Positions 46,368 to 54,603 of a DNA stretch of 64,000 nucleotides are shown piece after piece. Position 1 is the first letter of the stretch, and each line of letters starts with the position of its first letter. The notes under the pieces are model-generated. The model worked only from the letters and a program-made list of their open reading frames with translations, ran no database searches and was not told the DNA's origin. Where the stretch lies: the IMG/VR virus record IMGVR_UViG_3300030433_001936, positions 1-64,000 of that record, one strand, 5' to 3'. The stretch is from a virus (lineage: Duplodnaviria; Caudoviricetes). The position numbers and the translations under genes are program-made.

Positions 46368-47501
46368 ATGAGTACGAGAGGAAGAAGAGTGAAAGCGATT
46401 GCACGGAGCATTGAGTTGATTGACCTTGTCAGCAATGACGAGGGACATAGTCATGCATACTACCGTGAGAAAATGGGGTGGACTGCTGGCGAAATGCAAA
46501 CAGCGGTGCGCTATGCTTTGGAAGACAAACAGTTGCGTCAAGTCGGCAATCGCCGTAGCGCCAAACTGTATGCACCGTTTGGTGATGTCAGCGAAGAAGA
46601 AGCGGAACAAAAGGATACGAGTCTTCGTATCCCACTAGCATGCACCGAAGACTGTTCATACTGTCAACAAGCACCCGTTGAACAATTGGTGTACAATGTT
46701 GACGATGATGGCAATGTTGACATGAGTATCAAAGCGAGATACGCTGTTGGTCTGCGTCAGACATTCCACCTGTGTCGCAGTTGTATGAACCACCGTCTTC
46801 CATCGTCAGCCGAGTATCATGAGGATACTGCGGGGTATGGTGAATGGCAAGGACTTTCACAAGTCGGGGTGCAACAAGTGTTGCGAGCCAAAGAGTGGAA
46901 GATTCTGCAGATTGATGATGATTACAGCGACATGGGTTGCACCACATCAGCAATGTGTTTGATTGTTGAGCAACTTGATGAGCATGGTGAAGAAACGGAC
47001 TTCCCCGATGTGTACATTCGGTTCACATTCCCTCAAATGGTTGATGGCTCAAGTCCAAGTGGAAAAGTGCCAAACGGTCAAACATCGTTTGCCCGTGGCT
47101 ACCGCTACATCCAACGGATGTTCAGCAATCCAGATGCATTGTTGGGTCAGCGAGTTACTGTATCCCGTGAATGGAATCGTGGAAAGAAAGGATGGTTCTG
47201 GTCATGGACTCCGTTCCCACGCATCCCGACTCAAGTCATTCGTTCCAACCGATTCATGGCGGATGTTGCCACCACAGTGGCTAACGACATCCCACCTCAT
47301 GATGTTTCAGTACCCGAACACCACATTCACACCATCATGGATGATGGTGAGTTCACGGTCATCAAAATCAAGAAGAATTTGCACACAGTCTCCGATACAC
47401 GATACGAGCATCTCCGTGATGCCGTCATGGATTTCCTACAGGGGGAATGCACAATCGTGGATTTGAGCGAAACACTGAAAGAAACGGAAGGTGATGAATG
47501 A
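46368..47501 (+). CDS. Hypothetical protein with wHTH-like N-terminus and Cys cluster
   Basis: HAYYREKMGWTAGEMQTAVRYAL; CTEDCSYC..CRSC. Confidence 0.7.
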   Translation: MSTRGRRVKAIARSIELIDLVSNDEGHSHAYYREKMGWTAGEMQTAVRYALEDKQLRQVGNRRSAKLYAPFGDVSEEEAEQKDTSLRIPLACTEDCSYCQQAPVEQLVYNVDDDGNVDMSIKARYAVGLRQTFHLCRSCMNHRLPSSAEYHEDTAGYGEWQGLSQVGVQQVLRAKEWKILQIDDDYSDMGCTTSAMCLIVEQLDEHGEETDFPDVYIRFTFPQMVDGSSPSGKVPNGQTSFARGYRYIQRMFSNPDALLGQRVTVSREWNRGKKGWFWSWTPFPRIPTQVIRSNRFMADVATTVANDIPPHDVSVPEHHIHTIMDDGEFTVIKIKKNLHTVSDTRYEHLRDAVMDFLQGECTIVDLSETLKETEGDE

Positions 47502-48223
47502 TGGCGAAGAAAGTAGGCATATCAAAAGGGAAGAAGGCACACGAGAGCAACAGTTTTCTGGCACCGTGGAAGCCAAAGCGAGAACGACCAATCACGGTGA
47601 ACCGTGCCAACGAGATTGAGCGGTTGCTGACAACGCATGGTGGGGACTTCACAGCGAAAGAAGTCTGCGACATGATTGATTGGTGCAACAAGGACAACAT
47701 CCGAGCACCGATGAGGAAACTGATTACCGAAGGTCGTGCGAAGGTTGACATTGCGGGAAAGTTTTTGAGATTCTCCGCACCACCAAACACGGCTGGTACA
47801 AAGACCTGCAAAGGAAAGCGGAAGGATGGTCAGCGTTGTGGTTGGCAGATTGAAGAGGTCTCGGCACACGACTACTGCCAATGGCATCGCAGACAAGACC
47901 CGAACCACTTCAGCAACAATCGTGTTGACCGAAGCAAAACGCCACCAGCGATTCGGAAGGAGCAAAGACCAGGCATCATGCCTGAGTACGATGTTGTCGT
48001 TATTCCTGACGAAAACAAAACCGTCGCTGATGTTGATGAGCCGTGGACGATTCTTGTTCCGACTGACCGACACAATGAGTTGGTTATCAAGTTGCTGAAG
48101 CCCGACAAAGGCGATGATGACAACATGTATCGGGACTTGATTCTGTCTTTCCTTGAAGGTGAAGCCACGATTGCAGACCTACGGAAAGCGGTGAAGGATG
48201 TTCAAGAGGAGTTGAAAGAATGA
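47498..48223 (+). CDS. Hypothetical protein with wHTH-like region and C3H Zn knuckle
   Basis: FTAKEVCDMI..IRAPMRKLITEG; CKGKRKDGQRC..YCQWH. Confidence 0.7.
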   Translation: MMAKKVGISKGKKAHESNSFLAPWKPKRERPITVNRANEIERLLTTHGGDFTAKEVCDMIDWCNKDNIRAPMRKLITEGRAKVDIAGKFLRFSAPPNTAGTKTCKGKRKDGQRCGWQIEEVSAHDYCQWHRRQDPNHFSNNRVDRSKTPPAIRKEQRPGIMPEYDVVVIPDENKTVADVDEPWTILVPTDRHNELVIKLLKPDKGDDDNMYRDLILSFLEGEATIADLRKAVKDVQEELKE

Positions 48224-49140
48224 GCGATGAAATGCCAAGCGAAGAATCAGATTTGAGACAAACACTGAACGCACGAAGGACGCTGACCGAAGCGGTATTG
48301 GAAACATACCTTCGTCAGATTTTCAGAAACCGACGACAATACAGCATGTTCAAGAAAGATGGTGGAGATGGTGGATGGGTCAGTCAAGCAGTTGACGATG
48401 TCGTTGCCAAACACAAACTCGGTGAAGAGATTGAAGGCGAAGCCTTTGGAGTGTCAAAGTGTTGGGATGCCATGAATCAAGTTCTGTGCGAAGTCGGTTT
48501 CTATTTCCGTGATGTATCACCCTTTGACACACTACACACCAAGCAGATATTCAACGCATTGTTCAGCGGAATGAATCAAGACTTCGTTGCCCAAACCACG
48601 GCAGAGATGATAGCATCAGCGGTTCAAACAGCGTTTGATTGGAATGATGTGGAATACGACCCATCGGATGAAAACATCCGTCAACTGGTCGTTGACATCT
48701 ATGACATGCAGTTCGCAGCCCTTGAGAATCATGATGACATGAGGCAAGTTATCACAGCGGTGGAACAAATCATCCCCGAACAAATGCAAATGACTGTTGG
48801 TAGTGTGATTGAAATTATCTGCTCCTCGGTTCAGCGTGGTTTGCCCCATGTTGTCATCAAGTCTTGGGCAAAGGATACCATCCTGTCTTTGTGCGGTGAG
48901 TTTTCTGAAGGTGATGGCATCATTGGTCATGCTTACTACCGTGAATGGGTGTGGGACATGTTTGCATCTCGCGCTGGTTGGGCTAAGACAATGGAATGGG
49001 AAACCCTCGCCAATCACGGTGTCTGCAATGCTACACTGTGGGACATTGTGGAAGACCACATGATGACATATTTCGCTGACCGAGTGAAGGCAATTGAATC
49101 CGAAGACACGACATACAAGTTCTCGGAGGACATGTCATGA
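48220..49140 (+). CDS. Hypothetical acidic helical protein
   Basis: 306 aa with ATGA overlaps. Confidence 0.7.
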   Translation: MSDEMPSEESDLRQTLNARRTLTEAVLETYLRQIFRNRRQYSMFKKDGGDGGWVSQAVDDVVAKHKLGEEIEGEAFGVSKCWDAMNQVLCEVGFYFRDVSPFDTLHTKQIFNALFSGMNQDFVAQTTAEMIASAVQTAFDWNDVEYDPSDENIRQLVVDIYDMQFAALENHDDMRQVITAVEQIIPEQMQMTVGSVIEIICSSVQRGLPHVVIKSWAKDTILSLCGEFSEGDGIIGHAYYREWVWDMFASRAGWAKTMEWETLANHGVCNATLWDIVEDHMMTYFADRVKAIESEDTTYKFSEDMS

Positions 49141-49478
49141 GTCGTGGAAAGAAACCAACAGTCGTTCATATTGGTGGCAATGACCCCTTCGGTGAGAAGG
49201 GCAGTCCGTATCTGTGTGGGCAACCGTATGTCTTAATCGCTGACAAGTATCTGACGGATGAATTCTATCGTACTCTTCCCACATGTGAAGAGTGCTTAGC
49301 GAAGTCCAACGGAAAGCAAAGGGCGGAATGGATTCCCGTCCCTACTGGTGGGTTGTTTGATATTGCGAATTCAAATACCTCTCAATCACCACCAAAGGTG
49401 GATGATAAAGAAGAATCCGAGGTGGTGTCAACCAGCCTTGAATGGTGGGCAAACAAAGCAAAGGAAGTGAAACAATGA
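49137..49478 (+). CDS. Hypothetical protein
   Basis: YLCG..TCEECL; contains a degenerate promoter cassette. Confidence 0.6.
   Translation: MSRGKKPTVVHIGGNDPFGEKGSPYLCGQPYVLIADKYLTDEFYRTLPTCEECLAKSNGKQRAEWIPVPTGGLFDIANSNTSQSPPKVDDKEESEVVSTSLEWWANKAKEVKQ
49371..49400 (+). promoter_or_regulatory. Degenerate early promoter cassette inside an ORF
   Basis: TCAAATACCTCTC-AATCAC-CACC-AAA-GGTG (2 mismatches, same spacing). Confidence 0.55.
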
Positions 49479-49732
49479 GAGTTGGTAGTTGCAAATGTAA
49501 AGGAAAGAAATGCGATGGTGGATTCGGTTGGAAGTGGCGAACCGCAGACCTCGGAAACCGTATCGCTGGACACAAAGCAGGGCGAACATGGGCTGAACCA
49601 TGTCCCGAATGGGACGGCACACTTGATGTGTATGGTTTGCCTCCTGCCCCGCCAGGAATAACGAACATGCGACCTTATCTGACACAGAAGTGGAAGGATA
49701 ATGTTGACAATTATGTTGGAGGTGATGAATGA
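49475..49732 (+). CDS. Hypothetical protein
   Basis: Start moved to the ATGA overlap at 49475. Confidence 0.6.
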   Translation: MRVGSCKCKGKKCDGGFGWKWRTADLGNRIAGHKAGRTWAEPCPEWDGTLDVYGLPPAPPGITNMRPYLTQKWKDNVDNYVGGDE

Positions 49733-50172
49733 TGGGAACACGAAGTACTACATCGTTTTACAAGCGAGACCATAAGCATGGGACACCACAGCATCTGCTG
49801 ACATATTACCGTCAGTACGATGGATACCCAACATACTACGGAAGCCAATTGGCAGAATTCATTGACAACTGTGAGATTGTGAACGGCTTCACAACAGCGA
49901 TGAAGGGTGGCACTCATGCCAACGGAGTTGGTTGTTTGGTCGCTCAAATTCTGATGTATTGGAAAAACAATGACGGTCAGTATAACACTGGCTTGGGTGG
50001 ATTGTATATCCAACCAGAATCCACGAAGAATGGCGAAGCATATCACTATGATGTCGTCTTTGATGAGAACAATGAATGTTCCATATTGGTCTTCCGATAC
50101 GGTGAACCAGTTGGTTCATTTACTCCTGAAGAGTTAATCAACAACGCTGTTCACATTGAGGCAGGTGAATGA
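49729..50172 (+). CDS. Conserved phage-type hypothetical protein
   Basis: YRQYDGYPTYYGSQLAEF..NGVGCLVAQI. Confidence 0.7.
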   Translation: MMGTRSTTSFYKRDHKHGTPQHLLTYYRQYDGYPTYYGSQLAEFIDNCEIVNGFTTAMKGGTHANGVGCLVAQILMYWKNNDGQYNTGLGGLYIQPESTKNGEAYHYDVVFDENNECSILVFRYGEPVGSFTPEELINNAVHIEAGE

Positions 50173-50173
50173 A

Positions 50174-50380
50174 ATGATGAAGGTCAAATCCATCAAAGAA
50201 GCGGAGTGGTTGATTCTGAATTTCCTCATCACGGGGGAAGGTGGCAACCTATCCGATGTCCTTGACATCTATGACATTGATGACCCCGTTCAGTTGAAGC
50301 GATTCACAACGGCATCTGACAACATACGCACGGTGCTTGTCAACATGAGAAGCAAGCGTGATGAACCACAGGAGCGATGA
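50174..50380 (+). CDS. Hypothetical small protein
   Basis: GGTGA RBS; ATGA overlap with the next gene. Confidence 0.55.
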   Translation: MMKVKSIKEAEWLILNFLITGEGGNLSDVLDIYDIDDPVQLKRFTTASDNIRTVLVNMRSKRDEPQER

Positions 50381-50655
50381 GAATGGCGAAGGATTATTCA
50401 AACCAAGAGAACATCAACTACGCCAAGATTCCCGTGAAGGGAAGCGGTGCAGACAAATTCAGCATTCATGTTGACCGTATCCGATTCACAGATGATGATA
50501 GTCGCCATGAGGTTGACATCCGTGTGTGGTCTAACACTGGTCGCCCTTCGGGGAAGGGATTGCGATTGACGCTTGACCAAGCAGAATGGTTGGCTACATC
50601 ACTCCGTGTGCTAGTCAATGACCTCGGTGAGGAATTGTATGGCAAAGAAGAGTGA
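50377..50655 (+). CDS. PC4/YdbC-like ssDNA-binding protein
   Basis: VDIRVWSNTGRPSGKGLRLTLDQAEWL. Confidence 0.7.
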   Translation: MRMAKDYSNQENINYAKIPVKGSGADKFSIHVDRIRFTDDDSRHEVDIRVWSNTGRPSGKGLRLTLDQAEWLATSLRVLVNDLGEELYGKEE

Positions 50656-51013
50656 ACTCATTGCTTTTCGGAAGCAATTTGATACAGCATCTGACATGGT
50701 CAGTTGGTTGGCATCGGAAATCAACGATTGGTTTCAAGCACCACAACCCGTCATTGGGTTGGCATTGAAACTGTTCCACAAAGTCAACCTTGAACCCATC
50801 AATGTCATGGCGCACAAGTTGATTCTTGATTGCATCTATCTGACATTCAATGGGTTGGGATACCGACTTACCATCCGTGAACTGGTGAAGAAGTCCGATG
50901 ACATCATTGGTATCAAGGTCAGACCCGAGCCACACAAGTGGGCTAGACCATACATGGATGTGATTTGCGACACGCTCAACTGTCTTCCATCTGACTTGCC
51001 AATGCGAACATAA
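50639..51013 (+). CDS. Putative single TFIIB/TFB cyclin-repeat protein
   Basis: SEINDWFQAPQPVIGLALKLFHKV..LILDCIYLTFNGLGYRLTIRELVK resembles one TFB core repeat; judged by eye only. Confidence 0.4.
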   Translation: MAKKSELIAFRKQFDTASDMVSWLASEINDWFQAPQPVIGLALKLFHKVNLEPINVMAHKLILDCIYLTFNGLGYRLTIRELVKKSDDIIGIKVRPEPHKWARPYMDVICDTLNCLPSDLPMRT

Positions 51014-51045
51014 TGACCATAAAGCAGATATGCGTAGGGTTCACT

Positions 51046-51774
51046 ATGTCAGTGGCGTTTGACAAGGCGTGGGCGGTATTGAAAGCCGACCCAGCGCAGT
51101 CCGTATTCATCGCCCAAAGGGACGACCCCATAGAATATCAAACTGAACGCTATGGTGAACCAAGAACGGTTGATGATGATTGGCATAAGCGATTGGGGAC
51201 ATTGCACCCTGCACTTCAATGGCATCGTGATAAGATGTTCAGTCCCAATCGGGCTATCCGCCATGCGAATTTGCGAGTGTCCCCCGAACTAGACCACGAC
51301 CCCGAAAATCGCATCATTCAAAACATCAAGGATGGTGCTAAAACAGGTAAAGAATTGTTTGAAGGGTTGACTTTGGAACAGATTCACGGAATCATGGATG
51401 TGCAACATGACCGTAGCAGAGGGGGCAGAATTCTTGATGTTCCAACAATGAGGTCTCCTGACCTTGACAGATGGAATGAGTTTGAGGCACGACCTGAATC
51501 AATGCAATGGCTACGAAACAAATTCGGTAGCGCACGAACTGATGGAAAAGAACCCCGTGATGATATTGGACGAGGGAAGGCATACATGGGCTTCGGTGGA
51601 GGAATGGATGATGCATCCCGATATGAAGACCAGAAGTGGCAATGGGATGGGCATGACAATTACTTCACCCGCAATTTTGACCCATACAACAAACCTGTAG
51701 GTCCAGCACTTACCGCACAAGAAATGGAAGACCTCCGAAGACAAGGAGGACAATTCTTATCAGAGTTCTCTTGA
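51046..51774 (+). CDS. Hypothetical protein with N-terminal AW..LK tag
   Basis: MSVAFDKAWAVLKAD; start moved to ATG 51046. Confidence 0.7.
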   Translation: MSVAFDKAWAVLKADPAQSVFIAQRDDPIEYQTERYGEPRTVDDDWHKRLGTLHPALQWHRDKMFSPNRAIRHANLRVSPELDHDPENRIIQNIKDGAKTGKELFEGLTLEQIHGIMDVQHDRSRGGRILDVPTMRSPDLDRWNEFEARPESMQWLRNKFGSARTDGKEPRDDIGRGKAYMGFGGGMDDASRYEDQKWQWDGHDNYFTRNFDPYNKPVGPALTAQEMEDLRRQGGQFLSEFS

Positions 51775-51792
51775 TGGCGACATTGAGGGAGA

Positions 51793-53172
51793 ATGGAACT
51801 ATGGCGAGTAGCCCATTTAGCGGAGCATCTTCGGAGTGATGCACCCACGGGCGAGAAATATCTGGTGATTCAATCATTCGTTGAATTGCATGACGATTGG
51901 ATGGAAGCCATCGTCCTGCTGTATCACGACAGTCCGAGTATCAGCGCGGGGTGGTTCACATCCCGTGCGCCCAAGCACTTCGGTATTCATCCCGAAGAGT
52001 GGCTAGAACTCACACGGGAGTCCCCCATAGTCCCCCTTATCGCATCTGAATCGGATGCATACGATAGCGAGTGGACTGTTGATGATACATTCCTGTTCTT
52101 GTCGTCATTGCCACAGCGAAGGATTGGCGACATCATATCCGACCTATCAAAGAGTGAAGCCCATTTGTTTTGGCAAGTGGCGTTGAACGATTCACCATGT
52201 TTCAGCAAAAGGCACATGATTCGTGCTTTTGCACAGTTCACGGACTACACCGTTGAAGAATTGAAAAGAGCCGTTGCTTTTACCCCATTTTTGGAAGTGC
52301 TTGAGCGGTCAGTCCGTGGAGATTTGGTCATATCGGTCAAAATGGAAGCAGGGAAGCATTTGACCCCACCAGCACTATACAGGGTATGGAACAAGGTCGG
52401 ATTGCCATTTAGAACAACGGTTGCGGTCTTAATTCCATCACCCCGACTGTATTTGCACTACACAGGGACTGATGCTATCGTGTACACCCGTACAGGTGAA
52501 CTAGTTCAATCGTGGGACTCAACCCACGAAAAAGCGATTTTTGAAATTGAGTGTTCGGATGATTATGACCCTGCCACCATCATGTACGCAGATGTGCTTC
52601 TTTTGGGCGAAAAGGAGTGGTGGAAGGAAAAATTCAGTTTGCGTCATGCGTTTTTGTCCGAGCATTATAAGCAAAGGGTAGTCGGAGGCGGGCGGAAAAT
52701 TGACACTGTGGCAGAATTTAGAATGCTTTTGACCGAAACAGACCCCACGCACACAGTCAGACTCATAGATGATGTAGCATACTACGATGATGATTTCAAC
52801 GGTGGCTATATTCTGCACCAACAGTCATACCGATTGCCGTTGTTGCTGACCCACATTTGCGAAACACCCATTGGAATAAGGGTGAGGCTAGGTGCATTGG
52901 ATGGATACTCCGTAGTGTATGTAGGTGAAATGACATGTGGAGATGATATTGGTCAGCATCTGCGTCAGATACTGGGTCATCGGATAACATCAAAGTGGAC
53001 TCCCATAGATGATGTCGGTTGCATTTCACGGGTCGTTGCATCGGACATTGTATCAAACAATGGGCATTATCATTTGGCATCTCCAAACATCATCTCCATT
53101 GACACAAAAATGGGCTTCGGTGATGCGATTCAACTAAGCGATATATTCTCATTTATGATGAAGGAGTATTGA
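51793..53172 (+). CDS. Degenerate ATP-dependent DNA ligase-like protein
   Basis: DBD-like LSKSEAHLFWQVALND, then PP..VAVLIPSPRLYLH..VYTRTG, IFEIE, YADVL and an OB-like C-terminus; the KxDG motif is absent. Confidence 0.55.
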   Translation: MELWRVAHLAEHLRSDAPTGEKYLVIQSFVELHDDWMEAIVLLYHDSPSISAGWFTSRAPKHFGIHPEEWLELTRESPIVPLIASESDAYDSEWTVDDTFLFLSSLPQRRIGDIISDLSKSEAHLFWQVALNDSPCFSKRHMIRAFAQFTDYTVEELKRAVAFTPFLEVLERSVRGDLVISVKMEAGKHLTPPALYRVWNKVGLPFRTTVAVLIPSPRLYLHYTGTDAIVYTRTGELVQSWDSTHEKAIFEIECSDDYDPATIMYADVLLLGEKEWWKEKFSLRHAFLSEHYKQRVVGGGRKIDTVAEFRMLLTETDPTHTVRLIDDVAYYDDDFNGGYILHQQSYRLPLLLTHICETPIGIRVRLGALDGYSVVYVGEMTCGDDIGQHLRQILGHRITSKWTPIDDVGCISRVVASDIVSNNGHYHLASPNIISIDTKMGFGDAIQLSDIFSFMMKEY

Positions 53173-53222
53173 TATTATTCTGTATTGTATAAGATAAGAA
53201 TGAGATGTAATGCACAATAATA
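53166..53222. repeat. AT-rich dispersed element, copy C
   Basis: GTATTGATATTATTCTGTATTGTATAAGA (26/29 vs copy A), with ACAATAATA reappearing at 53214-53222. Confidence 0.7.
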
Positions 53223-53235
53223 CGGGTGATACACA

Positions 53236-53607
53236 ATGCACAACATGGATGATGTCATGGTCGGATGGTTGGCGAGGGAGTGTCGTTTCTATCTCGGTGT
53301 CAATCTGTGTGAGCGTAGCCCCATTGGGTATGCGGTAAAACGACGGTGCGTTATCGCAAAGGATGATAGTGCATTGTTGCAATCGTGGTTGTCGGAACGG
53401 CATGGCATCAACGCACGGTCAATCCAAGACACCGATACGATACGCAAAGTGATTGAGATTCTCAAGCCATACGAAGCCATCGTCAAGGACAAGCGCGGTA
53501 TGGAGAACATGGAAAGAGCGCTGAATGAGTTCCCAAGACGGTGGAAACATGACGATGTGCTACGGTTTGTGGCATTTCTTGATGGTGAATCACCTTCGTT
53601 TCATTAA
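53236..53607 (+). CDS. Degenerate LAGLIDADG-fold protein
   Basis: MVGWLARECRF..GYAVKRRCVI..LLQSWL..IQDTDTIRKVIEILKPY. Confidence 0.45.
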   Translation: MHNMDDVMVGWLARECRFYLGVNLCERSPIGYAVKRRCVIAKDDSALLQSWLSERHGINARSIQDTDTIRKVIEILKPYEAIVKDKRGMENMERALNEFPRRWKHDDVLRFVAFLDGESPSFH

Positions 53608-53636
53608 ATACCCCTCAATTACCACCGTGTTCGGTG
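53604..53636 (+). promoter_or_regulatory. Promoter cassette heading the replication operon
   Basis: TTAAATACCCCTC-AATTAC-CACCG-TGTT-CGGTG. Confidence 0.8.
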
Positions 53637-53643
53637 AAGCGAT

Positions 53644-54603
53644 TTGGAACATTGGCGTGAACGATACCGACCAAAGGTTGTGGAACATCTTGTGGGATGT
53701 CCCGACTTTGCATCGGACTGTGAAGAGTGGCGGGATAGAAACGAATACCCATCGGCAGTTCTCTTTGTCGGACCTCCTGGCACGGGGAAGACAACGGCTT
53801 CCCTTATCATGGCACGACAGATGTTGGGCGAACATTTCAATTCAATGAATTACATTCAGTACAATGCTTCGGATGACCGTGGCATCAATCTCATCCGCAA
53901 TGAAGTCAAGCGGGCTGCTCAACAAGGTGGTGTCGGAACGACACGAAAGGCGTTGTTCTTTGACGAAGCGGATGGTCTGACCAAACAAGCCCAAGAAGCA
54001 ATGCGAAACACGATGGAAAAATATGCCAAGTACGCGCTGTTCATTCTTACCGCCAACGATGAGTCGGCAATCATTCCTGCATTGCTATCACGGTGTATGG
54101 TGTATCGGTTCGGTCCTGCACGGGACGCAGATGCTGTCAAGTTGTATCGTCGTATCGCTGAAGCCGAGTGCCTTCCCGATGAATGGGATGATGAATTTGA
54201 ATATCTGAATCAAGTGTGCGGTGGCGACTTGCGAAGTGGGATTGACATCCTTCAATCGCTACCCCGTACTGCCGATGCTTTGACCGAAAGGTTGAGCGTT
54301 GAACAAGCAAATTATTCTGACCCCGCCATGTCCGTAGCGGCTGGCGATTGGACGAACCTCGCAACGGAGTTGCGAAAGATTGCACAGACAGGTGTGCAAA
54401 GGTTGTACGCAATGAAGCAATTGCGGAACAACATTTACTCGCTCGGTCTATCAGCCGAGCAATACTATTCCTTCATTGTGGTGTGGGGTGAGTTCGTTGA
54501 ACGAGTTCATACCTGGCCTGCTGGCGATGATGCGTACTACGATTACTTCATTGCCACATTGATGGATAAAGAAAAAAGAAAAGGAAGTGAAACAAGTGTT
54601 TGA
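53644..54603 (+). CDS. rfcS: Replication factor C small subunit (clamp loader)
   Basis: WRERYRP, GPPGTGKTT, NASDDRGI, DEADGLT..AQEAMR, SRC. Confidence 0.92.
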   Translation: MEHWRERYRPKVVEHLVGCPDFASDCEEWRDRNEYPSAVLFVGPPGTGKTTASLIMARQMLGEHFNSMNYIQYNASDDRGINLIRNEVKRAAQQGGVGTTRKALFFDEADGLTKQAQEAMRNTMEKYAKYALFILTANDESAIIPALLSRCMVYRFGPARDADAVKLYRRIAEAECLPDEWDDEFEYLNQVCGGDLRSGIDILQSLPRTADALTERLSVEQANYSDPAMSVAAGDWTNLATELRKIAQTGVQRLYAMKQLRNNIYSLGLSAEQYYSFIVVWGEFVERVHTWPAGDDAYYDYFIATLMDKEKRKGSETSV

